From Minisyncoccota bacterium (lineage in GTDB: Bacteria; Patescibacteriota; Minisyncoccia; Phycocordibacterales; UBA1006): a stretch of 64,000 nucleotides of DNA. Location: NCBI GenBank assembly GCA_036405175.1, contig DASWYC010000002.1:403714-467713 (forward strand), in the 5' to 3' direction. The notes beneath the pieces are model-generated. The model saw nothing but the letters and a program-made list of their open reading frames with translations. It searched no databases and was not told the DNA's origin. Shown here one piece after another: positions 62,029-64,000 of the stretch; the stretch's first letter is position 1, and the number at the start of each line of letters is the position of its first letter. The translations under genes and the position numbers were made by a program.

Positions 62029-62610
62029 ATGAATACACTCGCTATTAAAGTTATTGTTGGAAGTACCCGCGAAGGGCGCTTTGCGGATAAAGCTGCAACA
62101 TGGATTGCAGATGAGCTCAAAAAACAAGAAGGAGCTGACGTAGAGATCCTTGATCTCCGTGAGTATGAGATGCCATTTTTTAACGAAGCCGTAACCCCCT
62201 CATACAAAACAGAACCGTACAAGAATGAAGTAGTGGCGCGCTTCACGCAAAAGATTAACGAAGGTGATGCATTTGTGATTGTTACGCCAGAATATAACCA
62301 TAGTACTTCTGGTGTTCTTAAGAACGCTTTAGATTGGGTATATCAAGAATGGAATAACAAACCGGTGGCATTTGTCAGCTATGGATCAACCGGTGGTGCA
62401 CGTGCTGTTGAACAACTCCGCTTAATTGCAGTTGAACTCCAAATGGCACCAACGCGTAACGCGGTTCATATTCCTGGAGAGCAATACTTTCCTGTTCTTT
62501 TTGGACAAGGATCTGCACAAGAATTATTTGCAAAGATGCAATCACAAGCTGATGCACTTATCTCTCAGCTTATGTGGTGGACCAAAGCACTTAAAAATGC
62601 ACGAAAGTAA
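62029..62610 (+). CDS. NADPH-dependent FMN reductase
   Basis: GSTREGR, TPEYNHS, LKNALD, SYGSTGGARA. Confidence 0.92.
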   Translation: MNTLAIKVIVGSTREGRFADKAATWIADELKKQEGADVEILDLREYEMPFFNEAVTPSYKTEPYKNEVVARFTQKINEGDAFVIVTPEYNHSTSGVLKNALDWVYQEWNNKPVAFVSYGSTGGARAVEQLRLIAVELQMAPTRNAVHIPGEQYFPVLFGQGSAQELFAKMQSQADALISQLMWWTKALKNARK

Positions 62611-62646
62611 AAAGTAAAACACACCGTACGGTGTGTTTTACTTTTT
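62609..62646. terminator. 38-bp perfect palindrome / bidirectional terminator
   Basis: aaaaagtaaaacacaccgt|acggtgtgttttacttttt. Confidence 0.75.
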
Positions 62647-63009
62647 CTTAACATTTTTTAAATTTTCTTCAACTCTAAATTTAACAATCTTTTCGATGAG
62701 TTGTATCGGCATTGGCTCGCTGAGTGGAAATTGCACCGATCCTTTTCCTTGCTTATATTTTGCAAAATCTTTTTTGAATGCGGTAACGCCGTTTGGCGTC
62801 GGATAGAATCCAATATGTTCTTTGAAGGCGGCAAAATATACGAGCGGCTTACCATTTAACTTAAATGCCGGCATTCCATATGCAATAGATTCTTCTGCTT
62901 GAGGTGCATTTTGCTTAACCGTTTTATACACCTGGTTTAAAACTTTTTGAACGTCTTTTGGAAATTCTGCAATATATTCTTTGATCGTTGCAGCAGCAGT
63001 TGTTTTCAT
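62638..63009 (-). CDS. DUF1801/YdhG-like protein
   Basis: EESIAYGMPAF, FAAFKEHIGFYP, KGSVQFP. Confidence 0.88.
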   Translation of the reverse strand: MKTTAAATIKEYIAEFPKDVQKVLNQVYKTVKQNAPQAEESIAYGMPAFKLNGKPLVYFAAFKEHIGFYPTPNGVTAFKKDFAKYKQGKGSVQFPLSEPMPIQLIEKIVKFRVEENLKNVKKK

Positions 63010-63045
63010 GGTCACAGTATACCAATTTACGCTATACTATGGCTA

Positions 63046-63714
63046 ATGACCAAAACGTATACCCTTCCCAGCTCTTCAGTACAGGTAAAAGTAGTCACTC
63101 CTGATCAGCCAACAAATATGGTAGTAATTCTTCTGCCTGGCATTGGCGGCGGAGCGTTTTCTGATCGCTTCACCACACTTACTCAAGCATGTGTTGAAAA
63201 AGAAATTTCCATCGCTCTTTTTGATGGATGGAGCGGAATCCCTGACGTTAAAGAAAAAACATTTAATGAAATTTATAGCAATCTTGATGAGGCTATTTCA
63301 TTATTAAAAGAACTTGGATATGTCTCAATTACGGGTATCGGAAAAAGCTTTGGTGGAGGAATTCTGCTCACTCATCCTTCTCATCAAATTACAAAAAAAG
63401 TTCTTTGGGCTCCGGCGATTGGTATTAGTGAATCCGACTCAACACTAGAACAATTCAAGAATATAAAGTTAGGAGAAATTGGTTCGTTGTTTGATATTAC
63501 TATTAACAAAGACTTTTTTAAAGATATAGAAACCTCAACTTTAATAATTCATGGAACGCATGATGATCGTGTTCCCCTTTCAAATTCTGAAAAGATTATT
63601 TCTATGATGAATACGGGTGAACTTTTTACAATTGAAGGTGCTAATCATTCCTATAGCAACCCTGAGCACGAACAGCTTGTAATTCAAAAAACTTTAGAGT
63701 TTTTGACTAACTAG
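63046..63714 (+). CDS. Alpha/beta hydrolase
   Basis: GKSFGG nucleophile elbow, HGTHDDRVP, GANH. Confidence 0.88.
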   Translation: MTKTYTLPSSSVQVKVVTPDQPTNMVVILLPGIGGGAFSDRFTTLTQACVEKEISIALFDGWSGIPDVKEKTFNEIYSNLDEAISLLKELGYVSITGIGKSFGGGILLTHPSHQITKKVLWAPAIGISESDSTLEQFKNIKLGEIGSLFDITINKDFFKDIETSTLIIHGTHDDRVPLSNSEKIISMMNTGELFTIEGANHSYSNPEHEQLVIQKTLEFLTN

Positions 63715-63716
63715 GT

Positions 63717-64000
63717 ATGAATTCTAAAGATAAAGAACAGCTTCTTACCCGCATCTTTAAACTGCACAAGGTTTTTCACGATGGACAAATTCCTACCATT
63801 GCCAATCATGAAGTTCACCCTGACGTTCCTATTGATAGCCGAGAAAACTATCTCTATTTCACCCTCCCCCCTTCTCTCAACTTTCAACGCCAAAGTCCTG
63901 CTATGTGGAAGTCTGCGTATGCAACATGACACGACCCAGAAACTCAGTATCTTTTCTTCCCGGAGAAAGTAATTGCAACTTCATATGAAAAAGTTCAACA
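63717..64000 (+). pseudogene. Conserved-looking hypothetical gene with in-frame TGA (pseudogene, sequence error or recoding); runs off window
   Basis: ...YFTLPPSLNFQRQSPAMWKSAYAT*HDPETQYLFFPEKV...; frame stays open after TGA at 63927-63929. Confidence 0.55.

Noticed and set aside
54363-64000. Integrase-mediated island or integron cassette array
   Set aside because: No integrase, no tRNA 3' duplication and no attC-like sites within the window

Overview
Chromosomal segment of an AT-rich, reduced-genome bacterium, most likely Patescibacteria/CPR (Parcubacteria-like). This assignment is inferred from gene content and style, not from a database search. Housekeeping genes: uvrA (partial), uvrB, tgt, mreC-mreB-rodA, trmD, khpA, secG, rnj, tatD, metG, tyrS, gpmI and eno. 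RNA genes: a 23S-5S rRNA unit with its own promoter, no 16S gene and an intervening sequence in helix 45, plus tRNA-Ser(GCT). The tRNA is followed by a stress/detox accessory region. Main points of interest: (1) a 4384-aa secreted, phage-tail-fibre-like protein with about 35 GNVGIG-hinged variable modules and an S74 autocleaving chaperone, with no phage genes around it and a divergent CPBP intramembrane protease next to it; (2) two gene-expression styles: most genes have a -10 box 6-8 nt before the ATG (leaderless), while interspersed orphans have -35/-10 promoters, long A-rich leaders and in two cases Bacteroidota-like signal peptides; (3) two unexplained structured elements (12251-12377 and 19662-19762); (4) a UvrA lacking its insertion domain; (5) near absence of TGA stops, together with one in-frame TGA in an otherwise open frame.
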